Both the position numbers and the translations under genes were made by a program. Source: Epithemia pelagica (lineage: Eukaryota; Protista; Bacillariophyta). Taken from it: DNA of 64,000 nt. The notes under the pieces were generated by a model. It had not been told where the DNA came from and ran no database searches. It was given only the letters and a program-made list of their open reading frames with translations. Shown here piece by piece: positions 43,301 through 50,397 of this stretch (position 1 is the first letter of the stretch; every line of letters starts with the position of its first letter). The DNA lies in assembly GCA_946965045.2 (NCBI GenBank), contig OX337232.1, positions 2,914,001-2,978,000 of the forward strand, in the 5' to 3' direction.

Positions 43301-46300
43301 GGTGTCTTCGATGGACTTCCAGTTGTTGCTACAGCTCTAGTTGCATTTGTTGTTGTTCGCTCATCAGGTGAAACATATCGATTCATTCTTTCCGCTGATT
43401 TGACGGGCTTCGAAATGCTGTCCCCGACTCTTAGGCTTGAACCTTCATCTGTACTTTGTGTGTTCTTGCTAAAAGACTTTGTGGTTCTTCCTTCCGGATT
43501 CATATGGAGTTTTTCACTTTTCGTCGGTGAGTCCTCATAATTCGTTGGCTGTACAGACTGTCGGGGAAAGGGCGGTGACGGATCATCGACATCATCTCCT
43601 GATCGACCAGCAGCTTTAATGTCAGAGGCAACTTGCTCATGATTCCAACTGGACGGTGATGAAGAGCCACTCAAAGGTGCTTTTAGCTCGCTTTGAGGAC
43701 CTTGTATCGACGAGACTTCAAGCGAAGGCGCCCTTTCTGGTTGCATTTTTTCGCTGTACGAGGACAGATTTTCCTCTTTGACTCGGTTTACCGTTGGCCC
43801 GTCGCTCAATGAATTGGCCGGGGTATCAGGCAGATTTGGAGGAACATCTGATGAAGATGCCGGTATTGAGTCATTAGAAACCATTGGGAGCGATCCTTCC
43901 ATTTCTTTCGACGACGTACTCAAATTGGCAAGGTCGGATGTATATTGCTGACTGATTTCGTTACTGGCAAACACTGAACGATCAGTTTGGAAAGAAGGTG
44001 TTTCCGTATTTGATGTTTCATCCATGGGGACATTGTCGTGCTCTCTAGTCTCATGGCTTTCTTTCCATGGCGAATACGATATGCTCGCACCTGGTTGATC
44101 CTTGTTGCGTTGGCTGAATGAAGTCCAATCACGCGTAACTTCTTCCATCGTAGAAAATGCCTGTGCTTCGTCCAATGTGTCCTGAGTTTGTGGAAGTTCG
44201 GTGCGTTGCGTGAAAGAGTTGGTAGATGTTTCCATTGGGCTGCTCTGTTCTCCGAAATGAGCGTTGTCCCTGTCATCACCAGAAAGCGTGATGGTCCTGG
44301 CCGTGGTCATTTGGCCATTCGAGTCAATCATACGGTCACGATCCATTTCTTCATCGTGCCACATGTCTGTTGTCACGTCAATGGCCCGTTGGACTTCTGG
44401 AAGGCCCCATCTCGACTTTCCAAACATTGCAGTTTGGGCTACTTTTTGACACCTTAACAAAAACAGCAATTGATTCATGGATGGAGTTACCTTTTGTCGC
44501 TGCGCCCAATACATTACCACTTGGTAGCGATCTGGAAGAATGGTTTGTTCAGCTGAAGTAGAGTCTGCTGACGACTCTTGCCCCAATGTATCACCGAGCG
44601 TATTCAAGATATATTCAAGTATCGTCCATTGTTGAAGAATCGCCCATTGTTTTGGCAGACTCGACAAATCCACCACACCGCTTTCCTCGGCCGCCGTAGC
44701 AACTCCCCATGCCTTGACGGTTGCCCAGCGTTGAGGGACTCGCATCTTAGTTCGGGGAAACACCTGTGGTGGTGGAGGTGTCGTCATAATTGTAGCAATC
44801 GATCGATCAGAAGTAGGATCTAATGATTGCCGTTCGGTTGCGTATAAGCGCATGGCGGCCCACTGCTTGGGAAGTTTACTTCGTCGAACCCAGTCTTGAA
44901 CTCTTTCCCACTGTCTTGGCCTCTTCACCAGCATTTGTGCACCACTAGCGATTGACGAGCCCGACCATTGCTTTTGCAAGTTCTGCGCTTGGTCGGGTCG
45001 TGGACGAACGAGTTGATCCTGATTGAAAGTTTCCCTGGTTATACCATCCAAGCCGCGTCCAGAGTCCTCTTGTGGCCAAGGCTGTCCTTCGTTCATGTCT
45101 CGCATGCTTGTTTTGGGCATTTCTCTGTTCCAGGTCTGTGGTGGTTGCCATGGTTGTTGTTGAGGGACCGTTTCCGTACGAGGTGGTTCCCAATTTTGTG
45201 GTGGCTGCCAAGGTGGTTGTTGAGAAATTTGTTCTTGAGGCACGCTTCGTTTAGCATCTTCCGTACGTGGCGGTTCCCAGCTCTGTGGCCGTTGCCATGG
45301 CTGTTGTTGTGCAAGTTGTTCTTGTGAAACGTCTTGTTGAGTATTTCCGGTGGCTGTGGTGGGCGTTTCCCTGTTCCAATTCTGTGGCGGTTGCCATGGT
45401 GGTTGTTTCGCCATCTGCTCTGGTGAAGCATTTTCCACTGGTGAAGGTGTACTTGATGATGTCTCGCTGTTCCAGTTTTGTGGTGGCTGCCATGGCTGCT
45501 GTTGGGCAACTTGTTGTTGTTGTGGTTGCGTCTTTTCCGGCGGTAGAGGCATGTTCGGTGGTTCCCGGTTCCAAGCTTGTGGGGGTTGCCATGGTTGTTG
45601 TTGTTGCCCAACTTGATCTTGTGGAACTGTTGGTCGACCATCTTGCAGAGGTGATACTTCATTGGTCCTTTCCTGGTTCCAGTCTTGCGAGGGTTGCCAA
45701 GGGGGATCTTGTGGGCCCTTACCTTGTGTTTCTTCCCGAGACACCACGTTGGTCGTTTCTGGGGTTTGTGGTGCAGGTTGCCATGGTTCCGCTCGACGCG
45801 GTTCTTGCGCCTCACTTGGTTGCAGTGTGTTCATCGAAGGCATGCTGGACGTTTCCGTTGCAATGTCTTGAAGAGGCTGTTTCCAAGGAGAGCTGGATAG
45901 TTCTTGTGATTGTTCCATTCGTTGTGTCGCATCGATTGGTTGTGTGTCCACTCCTGGGTTCCGAGCAGAAGGCTGTCCCATAGGATTGCTGTTGAGGTAC
46001 GGCGTAGCCCGAGTATCGTCTTGTCCCTCAATCCCTGGTATCTTCATGGCTGGTACCTCCATTGCTGCTTCGGTTCGTCTTGTGGATGACGTTGCCACAT
46101 CGTCCGTCCGTAGTGGAATTGGATCATCTTCCGGCATTTCCATTTCAGTCACGGCATTCTTCTCCTCTTGTTGCGGTTTCTCTTTTGTGTCCTTCTTGTT
46201 CCTGTTACTGGGCAAGTTGGATAAGACCGAGTCTTTGATGTTGGTCAACATGGACATGGTCATTTTGGGAAGTTCAAACTTGTTTGAAGGTTTCGAAGAT

Positions 46301-49260
46301 GACGATGCTCCCTTGGGAAGAGACGAAGAGAAAGTCGATGATGACGACATGGACCCTGGCTGCTTTACCTCGGTCGTGGATTCGCCGTTCGCTTGTGCGG
46401 TGGTGGCATTGTTCTTGATCCTGCCACCACTCGCAAAGCCATTGGACAAGAAGGAAAAGGACGGGAACAAGCCCGCTTGTTGTTGTTGTTGCTCTTGCGG
46501 CTTTGGTTCCTCATTGTCATTGGTATCCTCCACACCGGGCCAATGCGTGACATCGTCCCAAAATCCTCCAAAGGCAGGGTTGACATTCGCCTTTTGGGTA
46601 GTGGTACTGCTGCCACTGCGCTTGGGCGTCCAGGAGGAAGCCGTCGCCTCGTCCCTCGACGTGGATGCCTTGCTTGGTGAGTTTGTCGCTTCCGTTGTTG
46701 TTGGAGTTGCTTCAATGGTCGGTTCCAGTGGTTTCATTGGATCTGGCACGGCTGACACAGCCGTGGGATCCACCGCCAAAGAATCGGTTTCTCTTGCTTC
46801 CATGGTTGGTTCGACCGGTGTTGCCATTGGTGCTTCCATGGTTGGTTCGACCGGTGTTGCCATTGGGTCTTGCACTGTCATGGAATCCACAGCCGACGTA
46901 TCGGTTTCGGTTGCTCTTTCGGTTGCTCCCATGGTTGGTTCGACCGGCGTTGCCATTGGGTCTGGCACAGCCATGGAATCCACCGCCAGCGTATCGGTTT
47001 CTCTTGCTTCCATGGTTGGTTCGACTGGCGTTACCAGTGGGCTTGGTACAGCCGAGGAATCCAGCGTCGACGTTTCGGTTTGTGGCATGGTCCATGCTAC
47101 CGGTTCCTCTGGTGGCCTTGGTTCCTGGTCCTGGTCGTCATTGGCAACATGCTGGTCCATTGAAACCGCACCCTCCGTGGGCGACAAAGACGACGACATG
47201 GCTCGTTGCAAATCTTGTCGTGTCGGTGGAGTGTCGGGTGGATGAGGAATCCATTGCTCGTTCGTCGTGTTGACCAATCCTGCGTAGTCCATGACGGGAC
47301 TATCTTGTTGCTCGTCGTCATGGTCATTGGGCCTGTCGTTCACTGGCACAGTGTCCTGTTCGAGCAACCTCGTCGTCTTGGATGCCACAGTGGTCTTGTT
47401 GTTATTGTTGTTGTCGTTGGACGAGAGGGGCGCATATTGCTGTTCCGACGGCCATTGCGGTGCTGCTGTCGTCACCGGATCCTTTGTCGTTGGAACGGCT
47501 GCTTCTGTCGTGGTGGCGTTAGTCTTGGATGGATACCAAAAAGCCGTCGCCGCTGTTTCCAAGGCATTGGCCATGGTCGTCATGAGGGACGGTTGTTCTT
47601 GTTGGGTGGTGGTCGTCGTTGCGGATTCCAATACCACCATGTCTTGTGGTTGTTGTTGTTGTTGTTGTTCGGAACGTGAGGAGGAGGCTTCGAGTTCCCC
47701 ACTACCACCACCACCCCCATTGTCGGAATCGTCACGCATCGGACGTGGTCCTTTCCTGGTTGTGAATGGTTCAGAACCATTGTCGTTGGAATCATCTCGA
47801 GTCATGGAGGACAAGTCGCCTTGGGGCAATTTCCTTTCTTCTTTTCCTTCTAGTGCATTGTCGTCATCATCTTGGTCGTCCTGAAACATGATTTGATTCA
47901 AGGAATCCACCAGGGCATCCAATTCGGTTTGCAATTCACCCAATCGTTCCAAGGGTTCCGGCAGTGGCGGTGGCGGCGGACTGGCATCCTTCCATTCAAT
48001 ATCACTAGTGCGACTGGCCGTACTCTGATCCATGTCATCGGCTGGGAGCAAAAACGAAGCGGACGAGGAGACACCATCATTGTTGTTGTTATTGTTGGTA
48101 TCCGTTTTGAAACGGTCCGACAATAAGGATTGTGAGGCGGCTTCAAAAAAGGACTTTTCCCAATCTTGCGACAATTGTCCCAGTTCTTGCAACTCGTCAT
48201 CCACAGACGCTGGAGGAGGAGGAGTGGATTCCAACTCGGATTCGGGTGGTGTGGATGTGGTCGCCGAGGTGCTTGTGGTGGTACTCGCACTAGTAGAACC
48301 ACGGCTGCTTCGTGTATCACTAACGTCTTGTGCTGTTGTGGTTGTTGATGTTGTTGTTGCTTTGGTGGAAGTGGACGAGGAACCAGAGTCTTGAGAAACG
48401 GTGGTTCCGGTCAAGGCACCAAATTGTTGTTGCAAGGCATCCATGTGACGGGCCATGTCGTACAATTGTTCACCCCGTCGTCTCCACCACTCGACCGTGG
48501 CAGTCCCCGTCGTAATGGCCGCCGGTGGTTGTTCCAATTGAAAGACCATGGATTGGACTTGGGTTTGAATGCCCCGAATGCGACTGGCCAAGACGACTGT
48601 GGATTTTGTGGGGTTCTGGTTGTTCGTGTCGGAAGAAGTGACATGGGCCATTTGCGTTTGCAACCATTGTCCCTGTTTCAACAATTCTTGTTGAAATCGA
48701 TTCAAGGAGGCCGCCGCTGCCGCTCGTGTGGCCGGATTGTCGGGGAGAGGTTTTGTGGTTGTCGTTGTCGATGATGATGACGACTTGGAGGAGGAGGATG
48801 CCTTTGTAGATTTGGCCCGTTGCGACAAAGGTGGTGGTGTAACGACCGGAGAGGAATAGGGAGAGGGTTGGGGCGTATCGTAATGCCATGCCTTGTTCCA
48901 GGCCGACGGAATGGGACGCACCTCCAAATCGTCGTCGTCATCATCATCGACAATGGTTGGTTGATTGGAATCCTCATGGGCCCATCGTGTCACACTACGG
49001 TCGAATCTGGTTCCTCGTCTTCTTTTGTTTCGTTGGCGTTGTTGGACCAAGGTGGACGCCACCGTCCTTCGAGTCCATGCTGCTGGTTCGGCCCATTCCA
49101 GTGACGACGATTGATCTGAGCTTTTTCGTCGTGTTATTCTCACAGTGGTGGAGGAAGAGGAAAAGGCCGTGGCCCCTTGTCGGGAGTTGGGTGCCCACCC
49201 CCCAACAACAAGTGTCACGCAAAGAAGCGTCGTGGTCGTGGTGGTTCCCCACACCCGCAT
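37375..49260 (-). CDS. Giant 3961-aa intronless low-complexity protein with several Trp-motif repeat arrays, probable plastid targeting; paralog of 29337-32429
   Basis: 11.9-kb open frame. N-terminus LLCVTLVVGGWAPNSRQGATA-F plus S/T/R-rich stretch. Two full and three half copies of the ..KVA..A..GKSRWG domain; LA.EW...N motifs; tandem arrays. Confidence 0.85.
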   Translation of the reverse strand: MRVWGTTTTTTLLCVTLVVGGWAPNSRQGATAFSSSSTTVRITRRKSSDQSSSLEWAEPAAWTRRTVASTLVQQRQRNKRRRGTRFDRSVTRWAHEDSNQPTIVDDDDDDDLEVRPIPSAWNKAWHYDTPQPSPYSSPVVTPPPLSQRAKSTKASSSSKSSSSSTTTTTKPLPDNPATRAAAAASLNRFQQELLKQGQWLQTQMAHVTSSDTNNQNPTKSTVVLASRIRGIQTQVQSMVFQLEQPPAAITTGTATVEWWRRRGEQLYDMARHMDALQQQFGALTGTTVSQDSGSSSTSTKATTTSTTTTAQDVSDTRSSRGSTSASTTTSTSATTSTPPESELESTPPPPASVDDELQELGQLSQDWEKSFFEAASQSLLSDRFKTDTNNNNNNDGVSSSASFLLPADDMDQSTASRTSDIEWKDASPPPPPLPEPLERLGELQTELDALVDSLNQIMFQDDQDDDDNALEGKEERKLPQGDLSSMTRDDSNDNGSEPFTTRKGPRPMRDDSDNGGGGGSGELEASSSRSEQQQQQQPQDMVVLESATTTTTQQEQPSLMTTMANALETAATAFWYPSKTNATTTEAAVPTTKDPVTTAAPQWPSEQQYAPLSSNDNNNNNKTTVASKTTRLLEQDTVPVNDRPNDHDDEQQDSPVMDYAGLVNTTNEQWIPHPPDTPPTRQDLQRAMSSSLSPTEGAVSMDQHVANDDQDQEPRPPEEPVAWTMPQTETSTLDSSAVPSPLVTPVEPTMEARETDTLAVDSMAVPDPMATPVEPTMGATERATETDTSAVDSMTVQDPMATPVEPTMEAPMATPVEPTMEARETDSLAVDPTAVSAVPDPMKPLEPTIEATPTTTEATNSPSKASTSRDEATASSWTPKRSGSSTTTQKANVNPAFGGFWDDVTHWPGVEDTNDNEEPKPQEQQQQQAGLFPSFSFLSNGFASGGRIKNNATTAQANGESTTEVKQPGSMSSSSTFSSSLPKGASSSSKPSNKFELPKMTMSMLTNIKDSVLSNLPSNRNKKDTKEKPQQEEKNAVTEMEMPEDDPIPLRTDDVATSSTRRTEAAMEVPAMKIPGIEGQDDTRATPYLNSNPMGQPSARNPGVDTQPIDATQRMEQSQELSSSPWKQPLQDIATETSSMPSMNTLQPSEAQEPRRAEPWQPAPQTPETTNVVSREETQGKGPQDPPWQPSQDWNQERTNEVSPLQDGRPTVPQDQVGQQQQPWQPPQAWNREPPNMPLPPEKTQPQQQQVAQQQPWQPPQNWNSETSSSTPSPVENASPEQMAKQPPWQPPQNWNRETPTTATGNTQQDVSQEQLAQQQPWQRPQSWEPPRTEDAKRSVPQEQISQQPPWQPPQNWEPPRTETVPQQQPWQPPQTWNREMPKTSMRDMNEGQPWPQEDSGRGLDGITRETFNQDQLVRPRPDQAQNLQKQWSGSSIASGAQMLVKRPRQWERVQDWVRRSKLPKQWAAMRLYATERQSLDPTSDRSIATIMTTPPPPQVFPRTKMRVPQRWATVKAWGVATAAEESGVVDLSSLPKQWAILQQWTILEYILNTLGDTLGQESSADSTSAEQTILPDRYQVVMYWAQRQKVTPSMNQLLFLLRCQKVAQTAMFGKSRWGLPEVQRAIDVTTDMWHDEEMDRDRMIDSNGQMTTARTITLSGDDRDNAHFGEQSSPMETSTNSFTQRTELPQTQDTLDEAQAFSTMEEVTRDWTSFSQRNKDQPGASISYSPWKESHETREHDNVPMDETSNTETPSFQTDRSVFASNEISQQYTSDLANLSTSSKEMEGSLPMVSNDSIPASSSDVPPNLPDTPANSLSDGPTVNRVKEENLSSYSEKMQPERAPSLEVSSIQGPQSELKAPLSGSSSPSSWNHEQVASDIKAAGRSGDDVDDPSPPFPRQSVQPTNYEDSPTKSEKLHMNPEGRTTKSFSKNTQSTDEGSSLRVGDSISKPVKSAERMNRYVSPDERTTTNATRAVATTGSPSKTPEDDEIVARATRRGENEVPVSSETGSGKTTIKRREFPSLKDIGTSMISQDPVSPGPSQKMENDLSLFDLRNMNVASAAAAGRSRWGDSENRKVMAMALMTARNSQSKMGDIAAIEQWKKLEEKEASRSQSPEAFGVSPESVDDKGIIPDPSETTANTPFMWYLERTIKVARAASVGKSRWGSTENGKAQKMAEAMANGNIRYQPGQNTVPDIDPSLQIGKADGGSTEISRGAPLRLMHGKLGPAESAEDKQMKRITLDAIARGQKRHEIPSTSTSQTMSNVNAKRRGSSSGVLRGANSIKQSSGHQGAVVSTGSRMPSSSTHGSRMPSSSTTPRGETEVRKFGSTVAPWSFMDVNSKDETSKQGRSSPFLYHRRSMKVAKAATAGKSRWGPSENDIAQQVSKASIAAGIESIPPPSETSRGDDKISPTRPKRFVVGMSKKSSDDVSVPSDPTSARNLPDELSSMSQNKGSDGETLSNQPVLPHIPEKKEKSTIDLDSVSVTSQMRAQPVSTNSDEKNLPGSVAAVTTTAEARSQSQSILPTEPSQSDEMKIQRSSNDSDGYKSTLSSYEHGQMAQGMEQAGKDIDGGNDPSPFFPSPQISEAVSKDRKRQIEASSVRPQSTNPDSSVDPVKNSEGEENGKPTWSWAGLMSYSPWSKSADQAQGMKQDDDISLTDSRPTTNKPEPESSSGNNYSPWSGNWKQAQDPKEEKRSSATDLSPSADETKKQSSSDSKYSPWSGNWKQAQDPKEEKRPSATDLSPSTDETKPESSTENKYSPWSGNWKQLQDPRDDKGLSVTAKSLSTDEMKPESSSGNKSSPWSRTSWMQPQDLKEDKDTSITNSRPTTDETKPESSSDSNYSPWSGNWKQAQDPKEEKRPSATDLSPSADETKKQSSSDSKYSPWSGNWKQAQDPKEEKRPSATDLSPSTDETKPESSTENKYSPWSGNWKQLQDPRDDKGLSETAKSPSTDETKPESSSGNKSSPWSRTSWMQPQDLNEDKDTSITNSRPTTDETKPESPSDSKYSPWSGNWKQAQDPKEERRPSATDLSPSADETKPESSSDSKYSPWSGNWKQAQDRKEEKRLSATDLSPSTDETKPESSSGHESSPWSRPSWMQPQDLKEDKDTSLANRRPNTDETKPESSSGNKYSPWSGNWKQAQDPKEEKRSAATDLSPSADETKPESSSENKYSPWSGLWKQAQKSKEDEDRLFTDNPPITQQETKPDSSSGNRDTGSTVPIPAASPMTLSDENGASSSVHNAEINQGLSASQMNTEQLARDFAAMGQTAQDSEDPSPRFPDLSAYVQRVSSSELKSGDAADIGENGGKEKWSFSAEPTTGAASSSSAFNQIGQDWASRNQDKDDERLGSQSQNTLFPPSTSRGPPGVNEIKESSTVPPHTSNHNEIPGDVPSLSEPRSDASDRPTNEENRKPQSQTGFNFPWFGSKPTEDQNENTKAPSFDWEMDGRTPQTTVEGLSSDPSNNGVDLNPPTPSSSMSGGQYVPPQSVVSDNTVSNTQQDESTGSIRWTFSFPSWSGSQNQAQPQARGDTGQTKESEKTSNLSSPPLDTDTAPEAWKQNSSSTESTSFPSGLASQTNLSDKQRIGGSVASNGPEVSSAQAPSYGEQLAREWASMNKNTKESNVATPPFMETWATEKRDVQSTQQGYPSVSMDQWAKEWTGMNSEQMTEKVNEMPNRPPTDNFSSSSGVSTPKAKSNSKPDQDATSVPSPPPGNTGSSLPQSQRVWMDQLAQEWINLNAERKIPEPATYSRIDSNAQHEAKEHEPPVDENEDDELDTFVDPVELDTSLYTSTSSMERFAREWVDMNRESDAFDVMSVPLKDPFSSESSMPSSESSISVNEEQDEGFVDTEAESKSLDESMSKTSYTEESDQDATGGVPPSDHVEPERLPDSYETVLEWAAREPVPPTVNQVIFHLRNHKVASYAAQGKSRWGILENLRANYWVSAVRGALGSSSEEESASGT
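39640..41360 (-). repeat. Coding tandem repeat, 13 units of 123/126 bp (41/42 aa, KYSPWSGNWKQAQDP...) with 495-bp higher-order period
   Basis: SPW anchor recurs at about 41219, 41096, 40973, 40850, 40724, 40601, 40478, 40355, 40229, 40106, 39983, 39857 and 39734; a degenerate 14th unit lies at 41342. Confidence 0.9.
45080..45770 (-). repeat. Coding repeat of about nine (Q/P)PWQPPQ.W(N/E) motifs
   Basis: EPWQPAPQ, PPWQPSQDWN, QPWQPPQAWN, QPWQPPQNWN, PPWQPPQNWN, QPWQRPQSWE, PPWQPPQNWE, QPWQPPQTWN, QPWPQ. Confidence 0.85.
46740..47050 (-). repeat. Coding repeat of about five (DP)MATPVEPTMEA units
   Basis: Repeated CATGGTTGGTTCGACCGG on the + strand. Confidence 0.8.
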
Positions 49261-50397
49261 GGTTCCAAAATGATGAGAAACGTTCTAGAAAAGAGTAGAA
49301 TAGGAGGAGAGATTCTCCACACCAACACACACACCGAGCAGCAGCAATCCGAGGTTGGTCACCCACTGGCGCGCTCCACCACACCAATCAATACTGCGGG
49401 GTCCTTTATACGTAGTAGAGAGGATGAGAATGAGAATAGAGTCTCTGTTGTTGTTGTTGTTTTCAAAAACACATCAATGACGGATGATGATACCAAAAAA
49501 CGAGAAACGAGAAAAGGATATTGATTGGATGCGGTTTTGGATTTGATGGCACGACAAACAGCTGCTGTTGGATGTGATGGTAAGTGTCGTGTCTGTGTTG
49601 CCCCGCAAGATGCAGCTCTTGCTGTCCGAGTTCTCTTCAACGATGACGGACTGTGGGGCATTGTTTGCCCCACCACAGCGTGACCCAAAACGGAGAGGTG
49701 GTGGGGCACGTGACAAACGCGATGTCTCAAGTCGCGTTTCGATCGCGCACAAAAATATCCTGCTATCCCTTTTCTCTGGCGCCTCTAGCTCTAACCCATT
49801 GAGCGCCTATGATAATTTCGAGAATGCTCCTAGAACAGGGATTTCCATTCCTGCAACTAAGGAACAAAACCAACGACTCCATCCAATATCATCCATGATG
49901 ATGGAGTCCCACCGATTCCTCGACTCGGATGGGGGTCCACGATAATGTGGTATATAGTCATTAGTGGTACTAGAGTCGTGGACCTGCACAAACCGTTGCG
50001 AGTGTGAACCAACGGTCTCCACCCCCTGACGCTGCGGCATACAAGGATGCAGGATGATACTTATATGACTCGTCGTCGTCGTGTGGTTGGAAACCCTCAC
50101 CATCATCATCATCATGACCCAAACAACCGGGAAGAAAAGACGACACGAAGGAATAGTGCAATGATGATTTACGTTGCGACTCTCCTGGTCCGTATTCTAT
50201 TCTATGCCGGCAATACAAGGATACAGAGCACTCCTACCAAGCTGTAGGCAACCCATCCAACGCAGACAACGAAACAACTCCGACAGAGCGAGCATGGCCA
50301 TTGTCGTCAGAGACAATACCCTCATGGGTGACTCATGGTAAGGTGCCTGTATCGAGATCCGTCCCGACAACTTCTTTTGTTCCGGTGTGCCGTATTC

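Noticed and set aside
39623-47884. Long plus-strand ORFs (39623-40735, 45267-45983, 45944-47245, 47291-47884 and others)
   Set aside because: Antisense shadows of the low-complexity 3961-aa gene; no independent motifs.
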